Below, piece by piece: positions 9,621 through 17,977 of a DNA stretch of 28,898 nucleotides. This DNA comes from Candidatus Thorarchaeota archaeon. GTDB taxonomy: Archaea; Asgardarchaeota; Thorarchaeia; Thorarchaeales; Thorarchaeaceae. A model generated the notes under the pieces. It did not search any database, was not told the DNA's origin, and was given only the letters and a program-made list of their open reading frames with translations. The stretch is taken from NCBI GenBank assembly GCA_003345545.1, contig PRDH01000068.1, forward strand, positions 1 through 28,898, in the 5' to 3' direction. The position numbers and the translations under genes were made by a program. The stretch's first letter is position 1. Each line of letters begins with the position of its first letter.

Positions 9621-10073
9621 TCAATCTGATTGACTGGTGCTCTGTTGCAGGTTCAGGTGGGAATACAGTAGTGTCAAACATATGAACTGTTGACTGGTCT
9701 AGATAAAGGAAACGCAGAATATCATTCATGTTAGCGATGATTGATTGATTTGTTTCAGAAATACTGCTGGAATTCGACAATTATGGATGTACATCGTTAT
9801 GCACTGATTCTCTGTATTCACATTCAGTGACAAAACAATGAGACCATCACTTGAACCAAGCTTACCCGAACCATGGTAAGACAAAACTCGTCGTCAAGTA
9901 CATAATGCAAAGTCCCTTCATCGGGACTTTCGTTCTCTTTTTCATCATACTTAGGATTCTAATCCTCTCTGCGTTCTCATCTTTGCATAAGAGTGATGAG
10001 AAATGCAACTAGGGGAAGTTCTAAAACGTGGTAATAGGATGAGCTACAGAACACTCTTCAGGGGAACCTCTGG

Positions 10074-12095
10074 ATGCCTGTTTCTGAAATGCAAGCAGTG
10101 AAAGTGTGGAAGACTTCTGAGGACTATGAGATAGGAACTCTCTCATACGGGTCTGAGGATGTCTTTGTCAAATTGGGATCCGGAAGAGTCATCGCGGGCC
10201 AGAGTTCAGAAGGCGTCAGGGTAAGCCTGCAAGACAAAGTCACAATGGATGACAACGGTAGAAGCGTGGTCGAACCAATTGGATTTGAAGTAACAGCAGT
10301 ATTGAAACCAGTTCTTATGATATTCCATCCATATACCTGTCAAGGAGGGCAAATACTGGAGGATGTTTTTCCACCTTCGACCTCGGGATTCTATGGTAGA
10401 TTACAAGCAGGCAGTGCGGACGCACTCTATATTGTTCAAAAGACTGAAAACAATGAACGATTTTGGCTCACAATTGTTAACCCACAGAAAGGAACAATCT
10501 ATGAGTCCTGCTTGATTCAGCCTTACGAGGCTGAAGCACTCTCTTTGTTCGAAGACCATAGAGCGTTCCATGCCCTCTCTCGCAGTTCTTCTATTGACAG
10601 AGAGAGGACAAGGCATGAAATTCTAAGTGTTCTAGACGGGCCACCGCCATCGTGGCAAGAGTTATCGAGAGTTCTTGGTGATGTCACTATTCCAGATTTG
10701 AATGTGAGAACAACAATGAGGAACACGCTTGAAAAAATAGTTCCAACTTCATTCCCGGGTACTATTAGGGAAGAACTCATGGCATTTCTTGCCTATGCAA
10801 TGAAGAGCAGAATTCCTGACGATGATCCCTTGATGTACTCGTTCAAGTTCTCCACAATGACAATTATAGATGAACTCCTACGTGGACATGTGATGAATCT
10901 GATTGATGGAACAGAGTGGCCGCCCTATGTAAAACTCATGCTATTGGCAGCAAAAGGGCAACTTGATGCTCCTAAGAGAGCTGTTTCTGACTCGATTAGT
11001 AACGTGCCATGGCTTCTCTTCAGCCAAAAGTGTGCGGAGTTGCTTCCAAATTGGCTGAAGCTAGCTGTCCAATCAGCGAAAGCTCTGAATGATTCAGGAA
11101 CAATAGTGCTAGGAGTACCCACGACAAGAGGAGCAGCAAAGAGATCTAGAAGGGCATGGAAAAGACGTTTTGCAGAAATATCATACGGAATCAGAGTCGG
11201 AGGTTATATCAGCCCAGCATCTCTGGGCTTGTGTGAATTGGTGTACCTCGGTGCAGCGTATCGATGGGCGCATAGACATATGAAATTCATCGCTCAATTA
11301 GGTGGTGTTCTTGAGAATTCTCCCCATCTGCATGTAATGATAGCACCTGTGAGAGCTGCGGAGCGTATCAGAAGGGCAATTCCAAGTATTATGAACGTAG
11401 CATGGACGTTTCGGACCTCGAATATGAATATCTTTGACGATGAAACAAGTAGCTGGTTAGTACCCGGCCAGCAAATCATCGAATCAATAGAGAAGGAGTC
11501 CTCCCTTAGAAGTCTCAAGAAACAATTCGGAGGGGCCAGCACTACTGATATGTACTCATTGTCAAAGATTGAGGCAGAAGTGGCGGACCTTGTGGCAGAG
11601 GGTATTGAGCTGGCCTATCTTGAGAAACCAGAGTATCTCAGGAGTCTGAAGTTGACAAAGAGAAGAATGCATGCAACTCTCTCTGCACTTCTACGTCACA
11701 GAATTCTGCATTTCTCATATGAAGTGTCAGACTCCAGACTGATATCTCTGGCCACCATCATTCAGGGAGAGCGTGCGTCTGTCACATCTCTCGTTTCAGC
11801 ATTCCTACGTAACACGCCTACATCCTACGCTAGGTTAGATCAACATGGAGAGAACGCAATTATCCTCTCTAGACTTCCTGAAGAATCAGTCTACAGCATT
11901 GCTTCTCAGTTGCCATCCCGCGGAATGGAACAGGGACTGAATATTCGATGTATGCGGCCCACTACATTCCGAAGGTATACATCGAATCTCTATCAAAGAC
12001 TGCTTAGAGAAGATGGAACGTGGGATGATGATGTGAGCGCGTTCCTCTCTCAGGCTAGATCCAGAAGAAGAGAGCTGTCAGAGAGTAATGCTTAA
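10074..12095 (+). CDS. Large hypothetical protein (673 aa) with possible C-terminal winged-HTH + RAM/ferredoxin-like region
   Basis: Long uninterrupted ORF. The C-terminal 'LSKIEAEVADLV...LKLTKRRMHATLSALLRHRILHF' looks wHTH-like and is followed by an alternating beta/alpha segment. No family recognised with certainty. Confidence 0.6.
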   Translation: MPVSEMQAVKVWKTSEDYEIGTLSYGSEDVFVKLGSGRVIAGQSSEGVRVSLQDKVTMDDNGRSVVEPIGFEVTAVLKPVLMIFHPYTCQGGQILEDVFPPSTSGFYGRLQAGSADALYIVQKTENNERFWLTIVNPQKGTIYESCLIQPYEAEALSLFEDHRAFHALSRSSSIDRERTRHEILSVLDGPPPSWQELSRVLGDVTIPDLNVRTTMRNTLEKIVPTSFPGTIREELMAFLAYAMKSRIPDDDPLMYSFKFSTMTIIDELLRGHVMNLIDGTEWPPYVKLMLLAAKGQLDAPKRAVSDSISNVPWLLFSQKCAELLPNWLKLAVQSAKALNDSGTIVLGVPTTRGAAKRSRRAWKRRFAEISYGIRVGGYISPASLGLCELVYLGAAYRWAHRHMKFIAQLGGVLENSPHLHVMIAPVRAAERIRRAIPSIMNVAWTFRTSNMNIFDDETSSWLVPGQQIIESIEKESSLRSLKKQFGGASTTDMYSLSKIEAEVADLVAEGIELAYLEKPEYLRSLKLTKRRMHATLSALLRHRILHFSYEVSDSRLISLATIIQGERASVTSLVSAFLRNTPTSYARLDQHGENAIILSRLPEESVYSIASQLPSRGMEQGLNIRCMRPTTFRRYTSNLYQRLLREDGTWDDDVSAFLSQARSRRRELSESNA

Positions 12096-12123
12096 AACCA
12101 AACGGAGAAACCAAACGTCTTGA

Positions 12124-12237
12124 TGGCGGCCATAGGTTCCCGTGTTCACCTGAACTCGGCCGAACTCAGAAGTTAAGACGGGAGTCGTTTAAGGAAGTGT
12201 ACGCTGCGCGAGCGCGTGACAAGCCTTAAAGCTGCCA
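12124..12237 (+). rRNA. rrf: 5S rRNA (stand-alone)
   Basis: Helix I TGGCGGC/GCTGCCA, CATAG, CACCTG..., the conserved CCGAAC.CAGAAGTTAAG loop, helix II TTCCCGT/ACGGGAG and a GCGAG(C) terminal loop. About 114-120 nt, followed by a T-rich tract. Confidence 0.9.
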
Positions 12238-12239
12238 CA

Positions 12240-12250
12240 TTTTCCTTCTT
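12240..12250 (+). terminator. Oligo-T tract after 5S rRNA
   Basis: TTTTCCTTCTT immediately after the 5S 3' end, typical of archaeal termination. Confidence 0.45.
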
Positions 12251-12319
12251 ATGATGCCTCAAGAATTGTTGAGATAGAAGCCATTAAAAGACTAACAAAA
12301 GAAGACGGACTTGATTCAT

Positions 12320-13438
12320 ATGCAGCTAGGCGCAACGAGCGAATACAGTTGGATTATCAATATAGCATTCTTTGCCTTCATCATGCTATTCAGCCTCTAT
12401 GGGGCAAAGTTCCAGATGTGGCAGTGGTTGAAGCAAATTGAGGTGGGACTGAGCGAGATGAAACGAATGTTCCTCGAGTCCCGGCAGACTGCTATTGATA
12501 CATTCAAGAACTATGGCAAATCTGAGGAGGCCATAGCCAAGGATCTGGATAGATGGATGGATTTCTTCACAATAATGCCTGTCGACTTAGATCCAGCAGG
12601 TATACTGAAGAGACTCGACCACCTGCTTGATGAACGCAGAGACCGATTTCAGGAGTTCGTTGCAGAACTAGCCCCTGAGTCTAATGCAACTACGAATCAG
12701 AATCTAGAAAACACACTTGAAGTCACACAGGTGCTCGGACTGATATATCGAGTTGTCAGGCACTTCTACATACTTGGAAAGAAGACTGGGAGCCAGATCA
12801 TGATTATGCAGATTCAGATGCAGATGCCGGAGCTCCTTAGAATGGCCAAAGCATACTACGATGCTATTGGAGCCTTCTCGGATGGCAAGCCTATTGGAGA
12901 CGGTATCGGGCCACTAGTCGTTACCAAGTTCGCCAGAGCGCATGGTGCAACACCTGAGAGCTACAACCACGAGATTTCACGAGAGGTCGGGTACTATGTT
13001 GTCGAATCAGAGGGACGAACAGTCTATGCCCTTAGAGCAACGGGGCCAGGTGGAACAGTCGGGAAACCAGGTTTTGGCGTAGAGAAACTGGTTGAAAAAT
13101 ACGAGAAAGGTATTGCTCGAATCATCACAATTGATGCCGCACTGAAGTTCGAGGGCGAGGAACTAGGAAGGGTTTCTGAAGGAACGGGTGCCGCTATTGG
13201 GGATCCGGGACCAGAAAAATATGCTATTGAACAGACAGCGACTCAGCATGGAATAGGCATAGAGGCCATAGTGATTAAAGAGGATGAGGCAGCAGCTGTT
13301 GGTGTCATGGACAAGAAGGTTCTTGATGCTATACCGGAAGTGCTCGAGCGAATAAAGGAATCAATCCTGAAGAGAACAAAGCCAGGAGACAGCATTATCC
13401 TAGCAGGGATTGGAAACACAATGGGTATTGGCCTTTGA
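12320..13438 (+). CDS. DUF1512 family membrane protein
   Basis: N-terminal TM helix; DFFTIMPVDLDPAGI, RVVRHFY, PIGDGIGPLV, GPGGTVGKPG, ITIDAALKFEGE, GPEK and GIGNTMGI motifs. Confidence 0.85.
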   Translation: MQLGATSEYSWIINIAFFAFIMLFSLYGAKFQMWQWLKQIEVGLSEMKRMFLESRQTAIDTFKNYGKSEEAIAKDLDRWMDFFTIMPVDLDPAGILKRLDHLLDERRDRFQEFVAELAPESNATTNQNLENTLEVTQVLGLIYRVVRHFYILGKKTGSQIMIMQIQMQMPELLRMAKAYYDAIGAFSDGKPIGDGIGPLVVTKFARAHGATPESYNHEISREVGYYVVESEGRTVYALRATGPGGTVGKPGFGVEKLVEKYEKGIARIITIDAALKFEGEELGRVSEGTGAAIGDPGPEKYAIEQTATQHGIGIEAIVIKEDEAAAVGVMDKKVLDAIPEVLERIKESILKRTKPGDSIILAGIGNTMGIGL

Positions 13439-13447
13439 GGTGAAAAA

Positions 13448-13807
13448 ATGAGTACAGTAACAAGATTGCTTGGCATCGCCTTGGCAGGAGTGGGTTTTGT
13501 CATCCTCTTCTTTGGCATGAACACTGGTGATGTGTTGTCATGGATCTGGTCGTTTGTAGGCCTCATTGTCATGTCCTTTGGATTCGCTCTGCTTACAGCA
13601 GGCAGGACAGCACAGAAGAAACCGCCTCCTCCAACAGTCACTGAGATACGCTGCAGTAGCTGTGATTTCAAAGAGATACGTGACTTCAAGAAAGGAGACT
13701 ATGTCTTGATGCCTGTTGGAGATGCATGCCCGAAGTGCCACAGTGCCATGACCATCGAAGGCGTCTACATCGTAAGAGAAGAACCTGAAGTCAAGTACAA
13801 CGTCTAG
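13448..13807 (+). CDS. Two-TM membrane protein with C-terminal Zn-ribbon
   Basis: Two hydrophobic segments, then CSSC-x-REIRDFKKGDYV-like...CPKC...MTIEGVY. Located 9 bp after DUF1512 with a GAGGTGA SD. Confidence 0.75.
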   Translation: MSTVTRLLGIALAGVGFVILFFGMNTGDVLSWIWSFVGLIVMSFGFALLTAGRTAQKKPPPPTVTEIRCSSCDFKEIRDFKKGDYVLMPVGDACPKCHSAMTIEGVYIVREEPEVKYNV

Positions 13808-14703
13808 GCCCTCTTTGTCAAGACCACAGGGCCCTCTTCAGACACAAAGATTGTATGCTCAGCCTGACTCACCGGGCGACCTTTCTTCTCCATCTGAAGT
13901 GGGAATCCTCGAATTGCCTTTGCCCGGACGAGCGTTCGAATCTCATCAACGATGTCCACATCCTTTTTGGATGATCCAATCCATCTCGATGCAAATGGAA
14001 GAGAACGGTATTTTTCCAAGAGATATGTTCTGAGAGTTTCGGTGGTTCCTGTGAGCTGTATGTCCAATCCAGTATTGGCAAAGATGTAGACATAGTCACT
14101 ATCGACTACTGTTCCAGTCCCACTTGTCGCAAATGGCTCGACGGCATAGTACTCCCCCACTTCAACCATTGGTAGTCCTCGAATCTTTGTGTTGGGAACC
14201 TGTTTTCCAGCGTGAAGCTGGTATCTCTTGATGTCATGGCCAGTCAGGTTGGAGATTGGTCGAAGACCGTATTCTTTGATGACGTGCTCGATATTGGCTC
14301 CAATGTCCCCTAATGAAACCGTGGGATGCATCATTGCAATGGACTCCTCAAGTGCATCTTCCGTGGCTGCGATGAACCCTTCGAGCGTTCCATCAATATC
14401 GACCGTGAGCGCAGTATCTGTGATATAGCCATCTACATGCACACCAATGTCTAGCTTGACAAGCCCAAATTCTGGTATTTCACTACGATCGCCTTTGGGA
14501 GAAGTGCTATGTGCTGCTATATGATTGACCGAAACATTACATGGGAATGCTGGAATACCACCATAGTCACGAATCTTCTTCTCTGCAGCTGTGCAGATCT
14601 TGATTATTTTGACCTTTGGTTCAATCATCTCACTGATCTCTTTGAGTACCCGTGCTGCAATCTCCCCAGAACGAACCGCAGATGGATTTGGACTGGTGAC
14701 CAT
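13804..14703 (-). CDS. map: Methionine aminopeptidase type II (copy 2)
   Basis: PAFPCNVSVN..AAH, KLDIGVHVDGYITDTA, NLTGH, LHAG, AVEPF and QAEHT motifs. All five metal ligands are present. Likely ATG at 14703. Confidence 0.92.
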   Translation of the reverse strand: MVTSPNPSAVRSGEIAARVLKEISEMIEPKVKIIKICTAAEKKIRDYGGIPAFPCNVSVNHIAAHSTSPKGDRSEIPEFGLVKLDIGVHVDGYITDTALTVDIDGTLEGFIAATEDALEESIAMMHPTVSLGDIGANIEHVIKEYGLRPISNLTGHDIKRYQLHAGKQVPNTKIRGLPMVEVGEYYAVEPFATSGTGTVVDSDYVYIFANTGLDIQLTGTTETLRTYLLEKYRSLPFASRWIGSSKKDVDIVDEIRTLVRAKAIRGFPLQMEKKGRPVSQAEHTIFVSEEGPVVLTKRA

Positions 14704-14760
14704 GATATCGCCTTGAAGAAACGAAGCAATAACCACTCTTAAGCGGTTCCATGTCCGCCA

Positions 14761-15675
14761 CTAGACCTCGCCCTGTCGTCGTGTTGAAACGATTGCACCC
14801 TCTTCTCCCACAAAGACACTATGTTCGAACTGAGAAACCATACCGTCCTTTCCTTCAAACAGGACAGGATATCCGTGAATGGCGCCTGCTCGTATCAGCG
14901 CTTTGATGGCTATATCTACATCGACTCCGTGCACATTGTCATGAAGCCAGCGGGATGCCCATGGAAGTGATTTGAACAGCTGTCGTGATATGCTCCGGAC
15001 CTGCTGCGCAGACGGATCGAGTTTCTTCTTGTTCTTTAGATCGTTTGAAAAGATGTATGCCGTCTGTCCACTCCTAATTGTGCCATTTCCATTCGTGGCA
15101 AATGGCTCGATAGCATATGTTTCTCCGAGATTCATCGAGGGAGACGTCTTTTGCCCGATGTTTGGAACATTCTTTCCTGCATGAAGCATCCATTGTCTGA
15201 GTTGATGTCCTGATAGCTGGTGAACCGGTCTGAGACCGTACTTCTTAACCGTGCGCTCTATTACCTCTCCAACCTCGCCCACACGAACTCCTGGACGAAC
15301 CATCTCGAGGGCAGCATCGAGGGCATTCTTTGCTGCTGCAATGAAGTGCTCATAGGATCCGTCCAGATCAACCGTGATGGCGGTATCTGAGATGTAGCCA
15401 TTGACATGGGCTCCGATGTCCACTTTCACAAGGCCTCTATCCGGAAAGATTCTCTTGTCATCATATGGACTTGTGTAATGCGCAGCCTCGTTGTTGATTG
15501 AAACATTACAGGGAAAAGCAACACCAGTCGCCCCAAGCTCTAGTATCTTCTCCTCCGCGAGCCTGCATACCTTCAGAACTTTGACACCAGGACGGACCTC
15601 ATTCTCCAGTATGGTAAGAACACGTCCCGCGATTTTGCCGGCCTTCAGGAAGTCTGGATGGGGCAATACGGTCAT
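14761..15675 (-). CDS. map: Methionine aminopeptidase type II (copy 1)
   Basis: AFPCNVSINNEAAHYT, KVDIGAHVNGYISDTA, LSGHQ, LHAG, AIEPFAT and QFEHS motifs. Metal ligands are intact. Confidence 0.93.
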   Translation of the reverse strand: MTVLPHPDFLKAGKIAGRVLTILENEVRPGVKVLKVCRLAEEKILELGATGVAFPCNVSINNEAAHYTSPYDDKRIFPDRGLVKVDIGAHVNGYISDTAITVDLDGSYEHFIAAAKNALDAALEMVRPGVRVGEVGEVIERTVKKYGLRPVHQLSGHQLRQWMLHAGKNVPNIGQKTSPSMNLGETYAIEPFATNGNGTIRSGQTAYIFSNDLKNKKKLDPSAQQVRSISRQLFKSLPWASRWLHDNVHGVDVDIAIKALIRAGAIHGYPVLFEGKDGMVSQFEHSVFVGEEGAIVSTRRQGEV

Positions 15676-16547
15676 AGTCTGTCACCAGATTTGTCGGAAG
15701 TGCGAGGGTGTATTTAAGTCTCAGATTCTGATCATGGAAGTGAATCTTGAGGACACTGGCAGATGTGTCGTCAAGAGAAGGTAATAGGTCAGAAACAGGA
15801 TATCTGCAGTTAAGACACAATTCAATATCAAGTCGACACAGAAACAGTGGCCGGTACCTGTATCCCTACACTAACTCCCAACATCATGGCTTCAGAAATG
15901 CATCTGGCTCCGCTGAGCTGTCTCGGACAGGGAGTAGTGGTACCGACCGGCCAGTCAATGTACGAGACCAAGGTGACCCGCACTTCATCTGAAGGACATT
16001 CATCCACATCAGGCGAGTCCGTTGTGGCTCGTCCTTTCGGTCCTTGACAGGCAAGTATTCAAGACTTCGAATTCTCTTGAACATATGGTTCTATGAACGA
16101 GGGGTCATTAGCATTCCCACATGGCGCGGATTCGTCATTCTCTCTGGTGAGGAAGGATAGACATTGGTCGAGTTCCATGGTGGTAGCGACATCTTCAAAT
16201 ACGTTGAGAAGGCAGCTCATCTCGTACAGTACCGCTGCAGCAATTCAGCCGTACTCTGCAAATCATCATATCACATAATCATCAGCGCCACGTATCCCCC
16301 AAAGCCAATCGAATAGATATCAGGCGGGAGAGCTCGCGCGGGTCCCAGGACCTTTATCACTCACAGATTCATCACATCACGGTTATCATATCACACTCCA
16401 GACATGGAATAGAATGAGAGTCGAGGTAGACTGAGTCCAGACATAGACACGAGGCATTGAGCTAGGCCATAGGACGACGCAGGCATTGACCACCTTGGTC
16501 GAAAGGTAAGGGCACGTGGCAGTACAGTATAGGAGACGTGCATAGAA

Positions 16548-17849
16548 ATAGGAACAGATTTCGACCAAAGCACAGCAAAATATGTCATCAGAGCAAGAAT
16601 GGAGATTGATGGCGTGGTCGATAAACCGGATGTCGTAGGAGCTGTCTTCGGGCAGACTGAGGGACTGCTTGGAGAAGACCTGGACCTACGAGAGCTTCAA
16701 CGCACTGGTCGTATAGGGAGAATTCAGATTGCCATTAGATCACAGGGCGGAAGCACTACAGGTGAGATCGTGATACCTGTATCGCTCAACAAGACTGCCA
16801 CTGCGATACTCGCAGCCGCCTTAGAAACTGTTGATCGGGTTGGTCCCTGTACAGCCAAAGTGATTCTTGAGAAGCTTGAGGACATTCGGGGCGCCAAGAG
16901 ACGAAAGGTTGTAAGCAGAGCAATCAGTATCTTGAAGGGCTGGGAAGAGGACATCTCCCCTGGCACTGAGGAGATAACCACCGCGGTCACAAAGGGGCAC
17001 AAGGTATCAGTGTCTAAGTACGGCCCCGATGGGCTACCCGCAGGTCCAGAACTGAATGGCAGCTCTGAAATCATCATCGTCGAGGGCCGCGCAGACGTCA
17101 TCAACCTCATGAAATGTGGAATAATGAATACAGTAGCAGTCGAGGGAACTCATGTTCCGAAGTCGATAGTCGAACTCACAAAGAAGAAAGGTAAGAGAGT
17201 GACTGCATTTCTCGACGGTGATAGAGGTGGAGACCTCATTCTACGAGAACTCATGCAGGTTGCTACCGTTCACTATATTGCCAGAGCACCTGAAGGCAAG
17301 GAAGTTGAGGAACTCACAAAGCGTGAAGTGATGAAAGCACTTCAGACTCAAATCCCTGCAGAACAAGCCTTGTCGCTAGTTCAGGATAAGAAGACTGCAA
17401 CAAGACCCAAGAAGTACGCTACAAGGAAGAGCATTCCCAAGAGTGCTGAAGAAAAGGCACGTAGTGAGCCAAAGGAGGTTGAGGGAACATCTCCAAAGAG
17501 AGAGAGAACCGCAACACCGATTGGTAGACCAACAGCAGCTCGGAGAGCACCCATATCTGTCGATGAGGCATATGTTTCGAAGATTAAGAGCATCAAAGAA
17601 GCCTTCAAAGCAGTCCTATTCAACGCAGACAAAGAGGTCATGGTTGAGTGCGGCGTCGCAGAGCTTGCCAAGAAGCTTGAGGAACAAGAAACTGTCCCAG
17701 CAGTCGTTTTTGATGGGGTGATAACCCAACGTCTAGTGGATATTGCAGCAAAGAAACAGACGACGCTCATCATTGGGGCAGCCATTGCGGACATTGAAAA
17801 CAAGCCGAGTGGTCTGAAACTTGTCACCTTTGACGATCTTGGCCAGTGA
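16548..17849 (+). CDS. dnaG: Archaeal DnaG (TOPRIM primase-like, exosome-associated); probable non-AUG start upstream of ATG 16599
   Basis: DGVVDKPDVVGAVFGQTEGLLG, LRELQRTGRIGRI, VEGRADV, FLDGDRGG and C-terminal FDGVITQRLVD motifs. The conserved TAKYVIRA segment lies upstream of the first ATG. Confidence 0.92.
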   Translation: MGTDFDQSTAKYVIRARMEIDGVVDKPDVVGAVFGQTEGLLGEDLDLRELQRTGRIGRIQIAIRSQGGSTTGEIVIPVSLNKTATAILAAALETVDRVGPCTAKVILEKLEDIRGAKRRKVVSRAISILKGWEEDISPGTEEITTAVTKGHKVSVSKYGPDGLPAGPELNGSSEIIIVEGRADVINLMKCGIMNTVAVEGTHVPKSIVELTKKKGKRVTAFLDGDRGGDLILRELMQVATVHYIARAPEGKEVEELTKREVMKALQTQIPAEQALSLVQDKKTATRPKKYATRKSIPKSAEEKARSEPKEVEGTSPKRERTATPIGRPTAARRAPISVDEAYVSKIKSIKEAFKAVLFNADKEVMVECGVAELAKKLEEQETVPAVVFDGVITQRLVDIAAKKQTTLIIGAAIADIENKPSGLKLVTFDDLGQ

Positions 17850-17879
17850 ACTCGACGCAAGTTGGACTCATTTCACAGC

Positions 17880-17913
17880 AGGTCGTGAAGCGTGCAAGAA
17901 CCGCTTCACACCT
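17880..17913 (+). other. Stable stem-loop downstream of dnaG
   Basis: AGGT-c-GTGAAGCG (9-nt loop) CGCTTCAC-ACCT forms a 12-bp stem with one bulge. Confidence 0.5.
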
Positions 17914-17977
17914 CGAATTTTCTCGAGTAATACTCACAATTATGTCATAGAAGCAGTGAGTCATCTACGGAGCAGAC

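Noticed and set aside
9381-9633. N-terminal extension of rnhB to 9467 and ORF 9085..9633
   Set aside because: Both run through the tRNA-Trp gene. RNase HII homology starts after ATG 9380.
9440-12240. Integrated element at tRNA-Trp
   Set aside because: There is no integrase and no duplicated tRNA 3' end, and the orphan gene lies on the 5' side of the tRNA.
15747-16316. Selenoprotein or pyrrolysine readthrough gene
   Set aside because: It would need two different stops recoded, and there is no recognisable selenoprotein motif or convincing SECIS.
16265-16490. CRISPR-like array
   Set aside because: The repeats are only 9-11 bp, of several types and irregularly spaced, with no cas genes.
15720-16530. 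RNase P or SRP RNA in the large gap
   Set aside because: I found no GAGGAAAGUCC/CAGAA..GCUUA signature and no SRP helix-8 signature on either strand.
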